Below are positions 1 to 9,596 of a stretch of DNA of 64,000 nucleotides, one piece after another. Under the pieces are notes generated by a model. That model did not search any database. It saw only the letters and a program-made list of their open reading frames with translations, and was not told the DNA's origin. The translations under genes were made by a program, and so were the position numbers. Origin of the DNA: an uncultured Gammaproteobacteria bacterium (GTDB lineage: Bacteria; Patescibacteriota; Patescibacteriia; UBA9934); contig CAZTKG010000002.1 in the NCBI GenBank assembly GCA_964613815.1, positions 118,299 through 182,298 on the forward strand. Reading direction: 5' to 3'. How positions within the stretch are numbered: position 1 is the first letter of the stretch; each line of letters opens with the position of its first letter.

Positions 1-2
1 AC

Positions 3-1055
3 TATTATATTGCATGTGATATTAAGAAGTCTCGGCATGTAAAGACGGAGTATAAATTTCAGGGGGCGTTTTATGCGGAGGTTTTGGCGAAGGTACAGGG
101 AACGAAGCCTCAGATGGGGTATGTGCTTCATCCGGATGGGACGGTGGATCATTATCAGCTGGCGGAGTTTGTCGTGAATTTTCAGTTGACGCTTGATGAG
201 ATTGAGCGGATTTTGGATGGGGAGCATGAGCCGCATTTTTTTACGAGTGGATGCAAGCAATCGCCGTTTTTTTCTGAATGTCAGGATGCGGCGCGGAAGT
301 GTGATGATTTGTCGCTTTTGAATCGGGTGTGGCGGCGGGAGGTGGATGCGCTTGTTGGGGCGGGGATTAAGACGGTGACAGATCTTGCGAATGCGAGTTT
401 GGATCGTATTGGGAAGGTGCCGGATTTGACGATGGATCGGCTTTATTTTTTGCAGCAGCAGGCGATTGCGTTTGTGGAGGATCGTGTGATTTTTCTTGGG
501 GATGTGGATCTTCCAGATGAGGAGAAAGCGCTTGTGGTTGATATTGAGACGGATCCTTTGCATGTGAGCGATTATTTGTTTGGGGTACTCGTGGTTGATG
601 GGGAGGATGAGGAGTATCATGCGTTTTTTGCGGATGGGCCGGGAGGAGAGCGACATGCTTGGGAGGAGTTTTGTACGTTTTTGAAACCGTATACGCAGCA
701 GAATATGTATCATTATGGATGGTATGAGGTGGATGTGTTTCGGAAGCTTGTGGAGCGGTATGGAGCTCCGCCGGAAGTGCAGGTGATGTTTGAGGAGCGG
801 ATGATTGATTTGCTTGTGGCGATGCGGGAGAAGGTGATTTTTCCGACGAGTTTTTATTCGTTGAAAGATATTGCGAAGTATCTTGGATTTGAATGGCGGT
901 TGAAGGATGCGAGTGGATTGGATTCGATTTTGTGGTATCAGGAATGGTTGGGGACTGGAGATGCGCGAGTGAAGCAAGATATTTTGGAATATAATGAAGA
1001 TGATGTGGTGGCGACGTGGCATGTTTATAAATGGCTTCGTGAGAATAAAGCTTGA
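3..1055 (+). CDS. TM0106-family RecB-like nuclease with C-terminal RNase H-like domain (5' partial)
   Basis: Frame is open from base 3: YYIACDIKK...FQGAFY (RecB-like motif), later VDIETDP..DYLFG, YHY, FYSLKDIAKYLGFEW and YNEDDV. Confidence 0.85.
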   Translation, partial: YYIACDIKKSRHVKTEYKFQGAFYAEVLAKVQGTKPQMGYVLHPDGTVDHYQLAEFVVNFQLTLDEIERILDGEHEPHFFTSGCKQSPFFSECQDAARKCDDLSLLNRVWRREVDALVGAGIKTVTDLANASLDRIGKVPDLTMDRLYFLQQQAIAFVEDRVIFLGDVDLPDEEKALVVDIETDPLHVSDYLFGVLVVDGEDEEYHAFFADGPGGERHAWEEFCTFLKPYTQQNMYHYGWYEVDVFRKLVERYGAPPEVQVMFEERMIDLLVAMREKVIFPTSFYSLKDIAKYLGFEWRLKDASGLDSILWYQEWLGTGDARVKQDILEYNEDDVVATWHVYKWLRENKA

Positions 1056-1057
1056 GT

Positions 1058-1363
1058 ATGTTGAAGAAAAATGTGGAGTTTAAGAGGTGGCATGGAGGGG
1101 TTTTGGTGGTGGTTATTGTGATGGCTGGCGTGCTGTGGGTTTATGATATGTTGCCTCGAGACGAAGGGAGGCTTAGTTCTTATGCGTGCGAGCAGGTTGG
1201 AGGGCGGTATGATGGATGCGCGAGTCCTTGTGGGAGTTTAGATGATGAGCAAAGCTGCATGACTGTTTGTGTGCAGGCGTGTTTTTGTGAGACGAGTGAT
1301 CAGTGTCCGGAGGGGTTTGTGTGTTCTGATGAGAATATGGGGAGGATCTGTTCACCTGAATAG
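1058..1363 (+). CDS. Small membrane-anchored Cys-rich protein
   Basis: One N-terminal TM helix, then about 10 Cys; sits tightly between neighbouring genes. Confidence 0.7.
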   Translation: MLKKNVEFKRWHGGVLVVVIVMAGVLWVYDMLPRDEGRLSSYACEQVGGRYDGCASPCGSLDDEQSCMTVCVQACFCETSDQCPEGFVCSDENMGRICSPE

Positions 1364-1368
1364 GGTTT

Positions 1369-2268
1369 ATGCGTACGTTGTTTCGATTGGCGATTGTGCT
1401 TTTGGTGGGGTATGGGGTGGTGTATTTTTTTGTTTTGCGTGGGGGAGGAGGGGAGGTGGTTCGGGTGGAGGTTGAGGAGGTGCGTTTTGAGGATGTTTTG
1501 GATGGTGGTGGCGCGGGTGATGACAGAATCATGCAGGATGAGATTGTTGATGAGGGGGAGGTTGAAGACGTTGATTCCGGAGAAGGGGACGAGGATTTGG
1601 ATGTTGATGATCATGATGACGTTATGCTGGATGAGGTTGCCGACGAGGGGGATCTCTCGACTTCGCTCGAGATGGGAATTGAGGAAATTGGTGGTTTACC
1701 TGCGGAGTTTAATTTGGCGGTACCGTTTACGTCTCAGGCGCCGCATGCGAATTGGGAGTTGCCTTATCAGGAGGCTTGTGAGGAGGCGAGTGCGTATATG
1801 GTGGCGGAATATTATGCCGGACGTGAGAGTGGGGTGATTGATGCGGGAGTGGCGGATGCGGCTATTTTGGAGGTTGTGGCGTTTCAGCAGGATTTGATTG
1901 GGGATTATTTGGATACGACGGCGGCAGAGACGGTGCAGTTTATTGATATGTTTTATGGGGTCGGGGCTCGGGTTGTCTATGATCCTGCCGTTGATGATAT
2001 TCGGGCGGAGATTGCGGCTGGGCGTCCGGTGATTTTGCCGGCTTCTGGGAAGGATCTTGAGAATCCGTTTTTTAGTGGCGACGGGCCGCTTTATCACATG
2101 CTTGTGATTAAGGGGTATGCGGATGGGGTGTTTATTGTGAATGATCCGGGGACGTATCGAGGGGAAAATTATGTGTATGATGAGGAGGTTTTGATGTCGG
2201 CGATGGGGGATTGGAATGGTGGGGACCCGGCGAATGGGGGGAAGGTTGTTATTTTTACGGAGAAATAA
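1369..2268 (+). CDS. C39-like peptidase, membrane anchored
   Basis: VPFTSQAP..W..YQEACEEAS, GRPVI, YHMLVIKGY and VNDPG motifs; acidic linker. Confidence 0.85.
   Translation: MRTLFRLAIVLLVGYGVVYFFVLRGGGGEVVRVEVEEVRFEDVLDGGGAGDDRIMQDEIVDEGEVEDVDSGEGDEDLDVDDHDDVMLDEVADEGDLSTSLEMGIEEIGGLPAEFNLAVPFTSQAPHANWELPYQEACEEASAYMVAEYYAGRESGVIDAGVADAAILEVVAFQQDLIGDYLDTTAAETVQFIDMFYGVGARVVYDPAVDDIRAEIAAGRPVILPASGKDLENPFFSGDGPLYHMLVIKGYADGVFIVNDPGTYRGENYVYDEEVLMSAMGDWNGGDPANGGKVVIFTEK
1651..1676. repeat. REP-like palindrome family A (half copy) inside the C39 peptidase CDS
   Basis: gatctctcgacttcgctcgagatggg, identical to 4315-4340; translates as DLSTSLEMG. Confidence 0.85.
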
Positions 2269-2269
2269 T

Positions 2270-3637
2270 ATGAATAATACGTTGTTTGATTTGATGCCTG
2301 AGGGAGGGGGAGAGATCTCTCCACAAGGTCGAGATGGGGAGGGGGCGGTTCGAGATGGGGAGGGGGCGGTTCGGGATGAGAGTGAGGAGAGTGGGGCTTT
2401 GACGGTGGCGAAGTATTTGCATTTAGTGAATGAGACGCTTGGGCTTATTCCGAGTGATCGGATGAAGGTGGTGGGGGAGATTGTTGATTACAGAGTGAGT
2501 CAGGGGAAGTGGATTAATTTTGATTTGAAAGATGAGGAAGAGGATGCGAAAATTTCTTGTTTTGCGACGACGTTTAAGGTGAAGGGGCAGTTTGAGAGTG
2601 GGATGAAGGTGGAGGTGATGGGGTATCCGAAGGTGTATGAGCGGTTTGGGAAGTTTAGTTTGAATGTGCAGAGTTTGGAGCTTGTTGGTGAAGGAGCGCT
2701 TCATAAGGCGTATTTGATGTTGAAGGCGCAGCTTGAGAAAGAGGGGTTGTTTGATGTGGGACGGAAGCGAGGGTTGAAGCGGTTTCCTCGGCGGATTGGG
2801 CTTATTACGAGTCGAGAGGCGGCGGCGTATGGGGACTTTATGCGGATTTTGGGGAATCGGTGGGGCGGTGTTGAGGTGGTGCATGCGCATGTGCATGTGC
2901 AGGGGCAGCATGCGGTGAATGATATTTTGAAAGCTTTTGATGATTTTAATTCTGTGAGTGACCGTGAGGATGCGCCGGATGTGATTGTGCTTACGCGTGG
3001 GGGAGGAAGCTTGGAGGATTTGCATGCGTTTAATGATGAGGCGGTGGCGCGGGCGGTTTATGGGAGTAAGATTCCGGTGGTTGTAGGGGTTGGGCATGAG
3101 CGAGATGAGAGTTTGTGCGATTTTGTGGCGGATGTGCGAGCGAGTACGCCGAGTAATGCGGCGGAGCGGATTGTGCCTGACAGGCGAGAGGTATTAGGCG
3201 AAGTTGATACGAGCGTGCGTCGGATGGGAGGGCAGATGATGATGGCGGTCGAGCGGCGGAAGCGGGGGATTGTGCAGGCGAGTAATGTGTTTGTGCGGTT
3301 TGTGCAAGGACAGGTGTATCGGTTGAAGAGTGTGTTGCAGCGATTGCATCATCGGTTTGGGGCGTTTCAGGAAGAGCTTGCGTTGTATCGGGTTGATATG
3401 GAGCGGATGGATCATACGATGGAAAGAGGGTTAACGGGTGTTGTGCGGCAGTATAAGGAGCGTGTGGGGGCTTTGGAGCGGTTTTTGGGGCAGGTGGATG
3501 TGCAACGGGTGTTGAAGCGTGGGTTTTCGATTGTGCGGCAGGGGGAGCGGGTTGTGACGCGGGCTGATGGGGTTGCTGGAGGGGATGTGGTCGATGTACA
3601 ATTGGCGCACGGGAAGATTCAGGCGGAGGTAAAATAA
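2270..3637 (+). CDS. xseA: Exodeoxyribonuclease VII large subunit
   Basis: OB fold, IGLITS, RGGGSLEDL.AFNDE, GVGHERD, STPSNAAE. Confidence 0.95.
   Translation: MNNTLFDLMPEGGGEISPQGRDGEGAVRDGEGAVRDESEESGALTVAKYLHLVNETLGLIPSDRMKVVGEIVDYRVSQGKWINFDLKDEEEDAKISCFATTFKVKGQFESGMKVEVMGYPKVYERFGKFSLNVQSLELVGEGALHKAYLMLKAQLEKEGLFDVGRKRGLKRFPRRIGLITSREAAAYGDFMRILGNRWGGVEVVHAHVHVQGQHAVNDILKAFDDFNSVSDREDAPDVIVLTRGGGSLEDLHAFNDEAVARAVYGSKIPVVVGVGHERDESLCDFVADVRASTPSNAAERIVPDRREVLGEVDTSVRRMGGQMMMAVERRKRGIVQASNVFVRFVQGQVYRLKSVLQRLHHRFGAFQEELALYRVDMERMDHTMERGLTGVVRQYKERVGALERFLGQVDVQRVLKRGFSIVRQGERVVTRADGVAGGDVVDVQLAHGKIQAEVK
2311..2370. repeat. REP-like family A half copy plus 21-bp tandem duplication in the xseA N-terminus
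   Basis: agagatctctccacaaggtcgagatggg; tcgagatggggagggggcggt occurs twice (RDGEGAV x2). Confidence 0.8.
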
Positions 3638-3644
3638 TGACATT

Positions 3645-3869
3645 ATGACAACAAAAAAAGATCAAAAATTTGCGGAGGCGTTTGAACGACTTGAAAAGCT
3701 CGTGGAGTGGTTTGAGGGGGAGGATTTGGATCTCGATGAGGGGATTGCGAAGTTTGAGGAGGGGTTGGAGCTTGCGGGGGTTTGTAAGAAGAAACTTTTG
3801 GAGGTGGAGAATAAAGTGAAGTCTTTGCAGGAGAAGTATGCTTCTTCGCAGGAACAACAAGATTCTTAA
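3645..3869 (+). CDS. xseB: Exodeoxyribonuclease VII small subunit
   Basis: FAEAFERLEKLV...LDEGIAKFEEGLEL; follows xseA. Confidence 0.95.
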   Translation: MTTKKDQKFAEAFERLEKLVEWFEGEDLDLDEGIAKFEEGLELAGVCKKKLLEVENKVKSLQEKYASSQEQQDS

Positions 3870-3879
3870 TTTTGGAGGT

Positions 3880-4230
3880 ATGTATTTATTGTTACGGCTT
3901 TTGATTAATGCGCTTGCGCTTCTTGTGGTGACGCAGCTTGTGGCTGGGTTTAGTGTGGATACGTTTTATCATGCGCTTATTGCGGCGATTGTGCTTGGGA
4001 TCATCAATGCTGTGCTTCGGCCGGTTTTGGTTTTGTTGACGTTGCCGATTAATTTGTTGACGCTTGGGTTGTTTACGTTTGTGATTAATGGGGCGCTTAT
4101 TTGGTTTGTGGGGACGTTTGTGAAAGGGGTGGAGATTTCGGGTTTTTTGCCGGCGCTTATTGCGGCAATTTTGCTCTGGGCGATTAGTACTCTGAGTAAT
4201 ATGCTTGTCAAAGCGACGGATAAGATCTAA
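3880..4230 (+). CDS. YvlD-like 4-TM protein (phage holin family 4)
   Basis: NAVLRPVLVLLTLPINLLTLGLFTFVING signature; GGAGG RBS. Confidence 0.9.
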   Translation: MYLLLRLLINALALLVVTQLVAGFSVDTFYHALIAAIVLGIINAVLRPVLVLLTLPINLLTLGLFTFVINGALIWFVGTFVKGVEISGFLPALIAAILLWAISTLSNMLVKATDKI

Positions 4231-4283
4231 AGTTGGCGCGAAAGCGCCATTTTTCTTTCCCGTTCTGAGTGATTATTTTCATC

Positions 4284-4341
4284 TCCCATCTCGACCGACC
4301 GAAGGGAGTGGAGAGATCTCTCGACTTCGCTCGAGATGGGA
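4284..4341. repeat. REP-like family A composite copy
   Basis: tcccatctcga...gagagatctctc...tcgagatggga inverted repeat. Confidence 0.85.
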
Positions 4342-4353
4342 AGGAAAAATATT

Positions 4354-5061
4354 ATGCCAAAACTTGAATTGCAGAAACAAAAGCCCGTTATTATTAGTGT
4401 TGGAGGATCCATGATTGTGCCGAATGGGGGGCCGGATGTGGAGTTTTTATCTAGATTGAAAGAATTTGTTTTGGGGATTGTTGAGCAGGACTGGAGAGTT
4501 ATTTTGGTCAGCGGCGGAGGGAAGACAGCTCGGCATTATATTGATGCGGCGGATGGGGTGCGGGGGGATGAGATTGATCCTGAGGATTTAGATTGGCTTG
4601 GGATTCACTGTACGCGCTTGAATGGGCATTTGCTTCGGACGATTTTTCGGGAGCATGCGTATCCTGTGGTGATTAAAGATCCTCGGCAGACGCCGGAGGA
4701 GTGGGATGAGGAGGTGCTGATTGCGGCTGGGTGGAAGCCTGGATGGAGTACGGATTATGTCGCTTGTCGGATTGCAGAGCGACTTGAGGTGGTGAATGTG
4801 GTGAATTTTAGTAATGTGGATTATGTGTATGAGGAGGATCCTCGGAAGAATCCTGATGCGAAGAGTTTGGATGCGGTGGATTGGAAGACGTATCGTGGGA
4901 TGGTGGGGGATGATTGGCATCCTGGGAAGAGTGCGCCGTTTGATCCTGTAGCGAGTCGGTTTTGTGAGGAGAATGGGATGCGAGTGGCGATGATTGGGAG
5001 TTTGGAGAGGGTGAAGGGGTTGTTTGAGAATGGGGAGTTTGAGGGGACGTTGATGGGGTAG
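4354..5061 (+). CDS. pyrH: UMP kinase, archaeal type
   Basis: ISVGGS, GGGKTARHYI, DWLGIHCTRLN, PGWSTDY, DPRKNPDA, PFDPVA. Confidence 0.9.
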   Translation: MPKLELQKQKPVIISVGGSMIVPNGGPDVEFLSRLKEFVLGIVEQDWRVILVSGGGKTARHYIDAADGVRGDEIDPEDLDWLGIHCTRLNGHLLRTIFREHAYPVVIKDPRQTPEEWDEEVLIAAGWKPGWSTDYVACRIAERLEVVNVVNFSNVDYVYEEDPRKNPDAKSLDAVDWKTYRGMVGDDWHPGKSAPFDPVASRFCEENGMRVAMIGSLERVKGLFENGEFEGTLMG

Positions 5062-5219
5062 ATTTGAAAAAAATAGCGCCCGCTGGCTGTGAAGCTGGCG
5101 GGCTTTGTGTTACGAGGGGGTCACGTCTGAGTAGTGGTGAGTGGGGCGATGACGATGCAGTATCGGATACCGGCAAGTCCTTCGATACCGGCTACTAGAT
5201 CGACGATCTTGTGGTCATG

Positions 5220-5250
5220 GCCCCCTAGTACGCATCTGCGGAACGGGGGT
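5220..5250. repeat. 31-bp hairpin-forming direct repeat, copy 1
   Basis: gccccctagtacgcatctgcggaacgggggt; one mismatch to 5585-5615. Confidence 0.9.
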
Positions 5251-5271
5251 TTTGAATTTGTACATACAATC

Positions 5272-5300
5272 TTGACAAAATTGGTATTTTGTGGTATTGT
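5272..5300 (+). promoter_or_regulatory. Sigma70-type promoter
   Basis: TTGACA-N17-TATTGT with extended TG. Confidence 0.65.
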
Positions 5301-5326
5301 GGGAAAGTTTTTTACGGGAGAAAAAC

Positions 5327-5566
5327 ATGTTTGAGGATGTTCTTTCTTTTCTTTTCTGTGTCCTTCTGCTTGGCGTCGTCTTCGCCATGGTGGGTGATGA
5401 GGTGGTGGATGATTCTGTCCCGCTTCTCGCCGCTCTCGCGCCGGAGAAGCCGAAGCAGCTTCGGTTCGTTCCGGTGCCGGTGGATTGGAATCCGGCGCTC
5501 GAAGAGCTGCTGGGCACGGTCCAGTTTGAGGGAGAGGATTACGCGATTCGGAGTTTGGGCAACTAG
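5327..5566 (+). CDS. Small GC-rich hypothetical membrane-anchored protein
   Basis: Own promoter, GGAG RBS, N-terminal TM helix, C-ending codons unlike the host. Confidence 0.65.
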   Translation: MFEDVLSFLFCVLLLGVVFAMVGDEVVDDSVPLLAALAPEKPKQLRFVPVPVDWNPALEELLGTVQFEGEDYAIRSLGN

Positions 5567-5584
5567 CCTTTCGAATCGCGTGTA

Positions 5585-5615
5585 GCCCCCTAGTACGCAT
5601 TTGCGGAACGGGGGT
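5585..5615. repeat. 31-bp hairpin-forming direct repeat, copy 2
   Basis: gccccctagtacgcatttgcggaacgggggt. Confidence 0.9.
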
Positions 5616-5645
5616 CTTGGTTTTTGGATGAGGAAAGGGTGGTTA

Positions 5646-5685
5646 TTTGATTCCGAATGGATCCTTCACTGCGCTCTGGATGACA
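5646..5685. repeat. REP-like family B (GGATCCTTC...GGATGACA); other copies at 25344-25381 and 37721-37758
   Basis: tttgattccgaatggatccttc-N-ggatgaca shared by the three copies (the third is degenerate). Confidence 0.75.
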
Positions 5686-5735
5686 GGGGGTGAGAGGTTG
5701 ACCGTTTTTGATGATTGGTGTACAGTGCTCGCAAC

Positions 5736-5829
5736 GCTGTAGACCGTAGGCATTTAAGTCCTACCGAGGCCTGAGATCATCATTGTGATGAAATTAGACT
5801 TTATCTGCGGCGATTAACGTCGTTTTTTT
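5736..5829 (+). promoter_or_regulatory. Ribosomal protein L10 leader
   Basis: AGACCGTAGG...CCTACCGAGG core, closing stem gctgtaga/tctgcggc, hairpin plus U-tract before rplJ; promoter TTGACC-N17-TACAGT at 5698. Confidence 0.8.
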
Positions 5830-5835
5830 GTTTTT

Positions 5836-6357
5836 ATGGCTAAATCACGTCAACAGAAAGAGCAGATCGTTGCTGATGCAACGGATCGGTTCAAGCGGAT
5901 GAAGTCCGCTGCGTTTACGTCTATTTCTGGGTACACGATGGAGCAGGCTAATGAGCTTCAGAATCGTGCTGCGGAAGTTGGTGTGGATGTGTTTATTGCC
6001 AAGAAATCGCTTCTTTCGATTGCTGCCAAAGAGGCGGGAGTTGAGGGGCTTAATCCACGAGATTTTAGCGGATCTATCTTGACAGCTGTTTCGTTTGACG
6101 ACGAGGTGTCGGCAGCGAAGCTTTTGAAAGACTTTCAGAAAGAGAATGAAGATTTTGTTCTTGTTGGAGGTGTTTTGGAAGGGAAGGTTGTTGATTCTGA
6201 AGGTGTTGAGAAGTTGGCGAGTTTGCCGAGCAAAGAACAGTTGCTTGGACAGCTTGTTGGAACGCTCAATGCGCCAGTGTCTGGATTTGTTAACGTGCTC
6301 GCGGGGAATTTGCGAGGCTTGGTGACTGTTTTGAGCGCTATTCGCGATCAAAAGTAA
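5836..6357 (+). CDS. rplJ: 50S ribosomal protein L10
   Basis: LASLPSKEQLLGQLVGTLNAPVSGFV. Confidence 0.97.
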   Translation: MAKSRQQKEQIVADATDRFKRMKSAAFTSISGYTMEQANELQNRAAEVGVDVFIAKKSLLSIAAKEAGVEGLNPRDFSGSILTAVSFDDEVSAAKLLKDFQKENEDFVLVGGVLEGKVVDSEGVEKLASLPSKEQLLGQLVGTLNAPVSGFVNVLAGNLRGLVTVLSAIRDQK

Positions 6358-6380
6358 ATAACTTGTTTAATTGAATACGT

Positions 6381-6812
6381 ATGTCAGAAGAGACTACAAG
6401 CACCGAAGAGGTGAAGGAAGAAAAGAGTGTTGAGGTTCCTGAGAAGTTTAAGGCGCTTGTTTCTGAGATCGAAAAGATGTCTGTCATTGATCTTGCAGAT
6501 CTTGTGAAGGTTTTGGAAGATAAGTTCGGCGTTTCTGCTGCAGCTCCAGCGATGATGATGGCTGCACCTGCTGCTGGTGGAGAGGCTGCTGCTGAGGAGA
6601 AGAGTTCGTTTGATGTAGAGCTTACAACTATTGGAGACAGCAAGATTAATGTGATCAAGGCTGTTCGAGAGATCACTGGTCAGGGACTCAAGGATGCCAA
6701 GGATATGGTAGACGGAGCTCCTAAGGTGATTAAGGAAGGAGCTTCAAAGGAAGAGGCTGAAGAGATTAAGGGGAAGATCGAAGAAGCTGGTGGAACGGTT
6801 ACATTAAAGTAA
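6381..6812 (+). CDS. rplL: 50S ribosomal protein L7/L12
   Basis: [34 protein letters not shown]. Confidence 0.98.
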   Translation: MSEETTSTEEVKEEKSVEVPEKFKALVSEIEKMSVIDLADLVKVLEDKFGVSAAAPAMMMAAPAAGGEAAAEEKSSFDVELTTIGDSKINVIKAVREITGQGLKDAKDMVDGAPKVIKEGASKEEAEEIKGKIEEAGGTVTLK

Positions 6813-6824
6813 TTGATTTCAAAC

Positions 6825-6859
6825 AAAAAAACACCCATGCGTTTGCAGGGTGTTTTTTT
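6825..6859. terminator. Bidirectional intrinsic terminator
   Basis: aaaaaaacaccc...gggtgttttttt between convergent genes. Confidence 0.8.
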
Positions 6860-6863
6860 GTTT

Positions 6864-7079
6864 CTATTTCTTGCAAGACTTGCAAGATCCTTTGAGGAGG
6901 ATGAGGATACCGGACAAACCGATGAGGATTTGAATTAGCATCTCTAGCCAGTCCCAAGCGCCGAAAATCATGTTTACGACGTCGAGATCGAAGGCTCCAA
7001 CAAGTCCCCAGTTAAGTCCGCCAATGACGAGAAGCCAAAATGCGAGCGAATGGAGACCACATGCGTTGCCACACTTCAT
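6864..7079 (-). CDS. DUF378 membrane protein
   Basis: LLVIGGLNWGLVG signature. Confidence 0.9.
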   Translation of the reverse strand: MKCGNACGLHSLAFWLLVIGGLNWGLVGAFDLDVVNMIFGAWDWLEMLIQILIGLSGILILLKGSCKSCKK

Positions 7080-7184
7080 ATGATCTTTGTTTATTACTAA
7101 TGTATTCAGCATATCACAAACTGTGCCTAAAATTAGCAGAGTCAATGAATGGGTGTTGATAAATAAAAAGGTGGTGGAGAGGGT

Positions 7185-7427
7185 TTAGACGGCACCTTCT
7201 TGTTCTAGGATTTTTTGTTTTTTGTTTTTCCCTCTATTGTATCCTCCAATTTCTCCGTCTGATCGAATTACGCGATGGCAGGGAATGGTTGGATCAAGAT
7301 TTTTGTTTAGGATGTTTCCGACCGCTCTGTATGCTCGCGGGTGACCTATTGCTTCTGCGACTTGTTTGTATGTTCTTGTTTCGCCTTTTGGGATGGATTT
7401 TACGAATGTGTAGACGCTTTTTTTCAT
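7185..7427 (-). CDS. O6-alkylguanine-DNA alkyltransferase (MGMT C-terminal domain only)
   Basis: IPKGETRTYKQVA, RAVG, PCHRV active site. Confidence 0.9.
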   Translation of the reverse strand: MKKSVYTFVKSIPKGETRTYKQVAEAIGHPRAYRAVGNILNKNLDPTIPCHRVIRSDGEIGGYNRGKNKKQKILEQEGAV

Positions 7428-7444
7428 GGTTTGGCTATGGTGGT

Positions 7445-9547
7445 TTATCGAACGAGGTGCATGAGGGTGAATTTTTGTAATTCTGTTGGGGTCAGGATGG
7501 TTGCTGTTTTGGATTCTTCGTCGATGATGAAAGATGTTGTTTGAGAGAGTGCGTCTGCTGTATATTGCGTTGTTATGCTGCCATCTTTATTTACGACGAT
7601 GATGCGCGCATTTGCGCTGTCCAAGATGTATAGATAGGAGGAGTCGGGTGTTGTTTGGATATCGGTTGCAGATTGGATTGGTGGATCGATTGTTTCGGTG
7701 TTCCATGATTGTTCTTTTCCAGATGTGAGTTTTGTGATTTTTTGGTCTGAGAGGATGTAGATGTCGCCATCGATTGTGAATGCTTTTGCTGTTGAAAGTG
7801 ATGATGAAAGGCTTGTGATCCAGGCTGTTCCAGCTTCGAAGTTGTCTCCTTGAGGGCGCATTTTTATAATTTGTTCTGTTGCTGCTGAGAGGGTGTATAG
7901 ATTTCCATTGAAGAGATCTATATCTTCTGCGCTTTCGAGGTTTGGTATTCCGCTTACGATTGGATTTAGTGTCGTTGTTCCGTAGAAAAATTTACCTAGA
8001 TTTCCATCTGTGTCCAGGAAGACTTGTGCTGTGTCATCTGATGCGGATTTTGTTGGGGCTGTTATTGATCCGAATGTGGCGTCTTCTTTTGTTAATTCTC
8101 CGTCTAGGAATTGATATTGATAAACATTTTTGTCATTTGTGAATAGGTAAATGCTGTTTGCTGCAGTAAGCATGGATGAGAATTTTGAGGATTCCATTGA
8201 TGTTGCGAGGGAGGTGGTCTGGACAGGTTGAAAGCCTTGGATTGCTGCCTTGATGGTATTTATTGAGGTTGTGAGTTCGGCCGCTTTCTCTTTTCCTTCT
8301 TCTGAAAGGGTGGTGATAAGGGATTCTGCCGCGTCAAGCTGTTCTAATGCTTGGGTTTTGTTGTCGTAGATGAGGCTCGCTTCTGCCGCGTGAATGTTTT
8401 CTTCAATTTGGGTAATCGTTGTTGAGAGGAGGGATTCTGTTGTTGTTTGGGATTTTTGGAATTTTGAAAGGGATAGGCCTCCAAAAAGAAGGCATAATGC
8501 GATCATGAGTCCGAGAATTCCGTATTTTACCGGATTTCCTAGATTTGCGAGTTTTGTTTTTATTGATGTTTTTGGTTGTTTTTTTGTGGCTGTTTTTGGT
8601 TTTTCTTTTGTTTCTTTTTTCCGAATTGGGATCGCGATTGTTTTGATGATTGTTCGAATTGTGCGTTTGATTGTTGTTTTTGGTCCTTTGGTTCCTGGCG
8701 CGAAGAGTTTTTTGGTGAGAGGCGTGATGTATTTTTTGGTTAGAGATGTTACTTCTAGAGTTTGTTCATTCAGTAGGGAGGCGGTTGTGTTTTGTGTTTG
8801 ATCTAGCTCGTTGATGGACATCATTGGGTTTACTTTTTTCGGCGGTCCTTTTGGTTCGATGGTTATTGCTTGGAATGTAATTCCAGCATAAGGGGTGTTG
8901 ATGCCGATGTGTTGTTCGATGCGTTTTAGGGCTCCTGCCGGAGGGAGAGTAACGAGAATGTTTTGGAGTTCTTCTTGGTGAATTTCTCTTGTTGGGACTC
9001 TTGTTGCGAGATAAAAAATGTCTCCCGGATTGATTTCGCCATCAAGGATGGTGATGAATGGTTTTTCCCAATTTTGTTCATTGTCTTGAAATTGTTCCGA
9101 AAGTTCGTAGATGGTGAATCGTTTTTGGTTGGTTTTGTGCAGAAAAACTGTGGGGAGATTTCCGATTCCGCTGAGGAAAATTTGGTTTTTCCAAATGAGA
9201 CCAATGACACCGTTGAAGTCTTGAATGTTGATGTGCGTGTGTTTTTCTGTGTGTTCGGCGATGGTTTGGTTGATTTCTGCAAGAGTTTGTTCGAAGTTTC
9301 GTGCAGGGCTTGTTCCTGGTTTTAGTTCTTTTATGATTGTTTTTGTTTTTTTGATGATGGCTTCTGCGAGGAGTTTTTTGGATTCGTTCTGACGACCATT
9401 GATTTGAATAAGCCCGAACATGCTCCCTTTTTTGTGAGGGAATTGGTCGAGAACGATTGATAGCGTTGTTTTATCTGTTTCGCGCTCGGAAAGGAGTTTG
9501 GCGGATTTGATGATGAGTTTGCTCATTTTGATTTTCCGTTCTAACAT
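7445..9547 (-). CDS. Large single-pass membrane protein, probable C-terminal beta-propeller
   Basis: 700-aa ORF, central TM (YGILGLMIALCLLFGGL), repeated YIL/YTL strands. Confidence 0.75.
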   Translation of the reverse strand: MLERKIKMSKLIIKSAKLLSERETDKTTLSIVLDQFPHKKGSMFGLIQINGRQNESKKLLAEAIIKKTKTIIKELKPGTSPARNFEQTLAEINQTIAEHTEKHTHINIQDFNGVIGLIWKNQIFLSGIGNLPTVFLHKTNQKRFTIYELSEQFQDNEQNWEKPFITILDGEINPGDIFYLATRVPTREIHQEELQNILVTLPPAGALKRIEQHIGINTPYAGITFQAITIEPKGPPKKVNPMMSINELDQTQNTTASLLNEQTLEVTSLTKKYITPLTKKLFAPGTKGPKTTIKRTIRTIIKTIAIPIRKKETKEKPKTATKKQPKTSIKTKLANLGNPVKYGILGLMIALCLLFGGLSLSKFQKSQTTTESLLSTTITQIEENIHAAEASLIYDNKTQALEQLDAAESLITTLSEEGKEKAAELTTSINTIKAAIQGFQPVQTTSLATSMESSKFSSMLTAANSIYLFTNDKNVYQYQFLDGELTKEDATFGSITAPTKSASDDTAQVFLDTDGNLGKFFYGTTTLNPIVSGIPNLESAEDIDLFNGNLYTLSAATEQIIKMRPQGDNFEAGTAWITSLSSSLSTAKAFTIDGDIYILSDQKITKLTSGKEQSWNTETIDPPIQSATDIQTTPDSSYLYILDSANARIIVVNKDGSITTQYTADALSQTTSFIIDEESKTATILTPTELQKFTLMHLVR

Positions 9548-9596
9548 GCACAGTATATCGCATGAATTCAGGTTTGAATACGTATTTTATCTTTGT

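Noticed and set aside
3880-4230. Holin as evidence of a prophage
   Set aside because: YvlD-type membrane protein in a housekeeping context with no phage genes nearby
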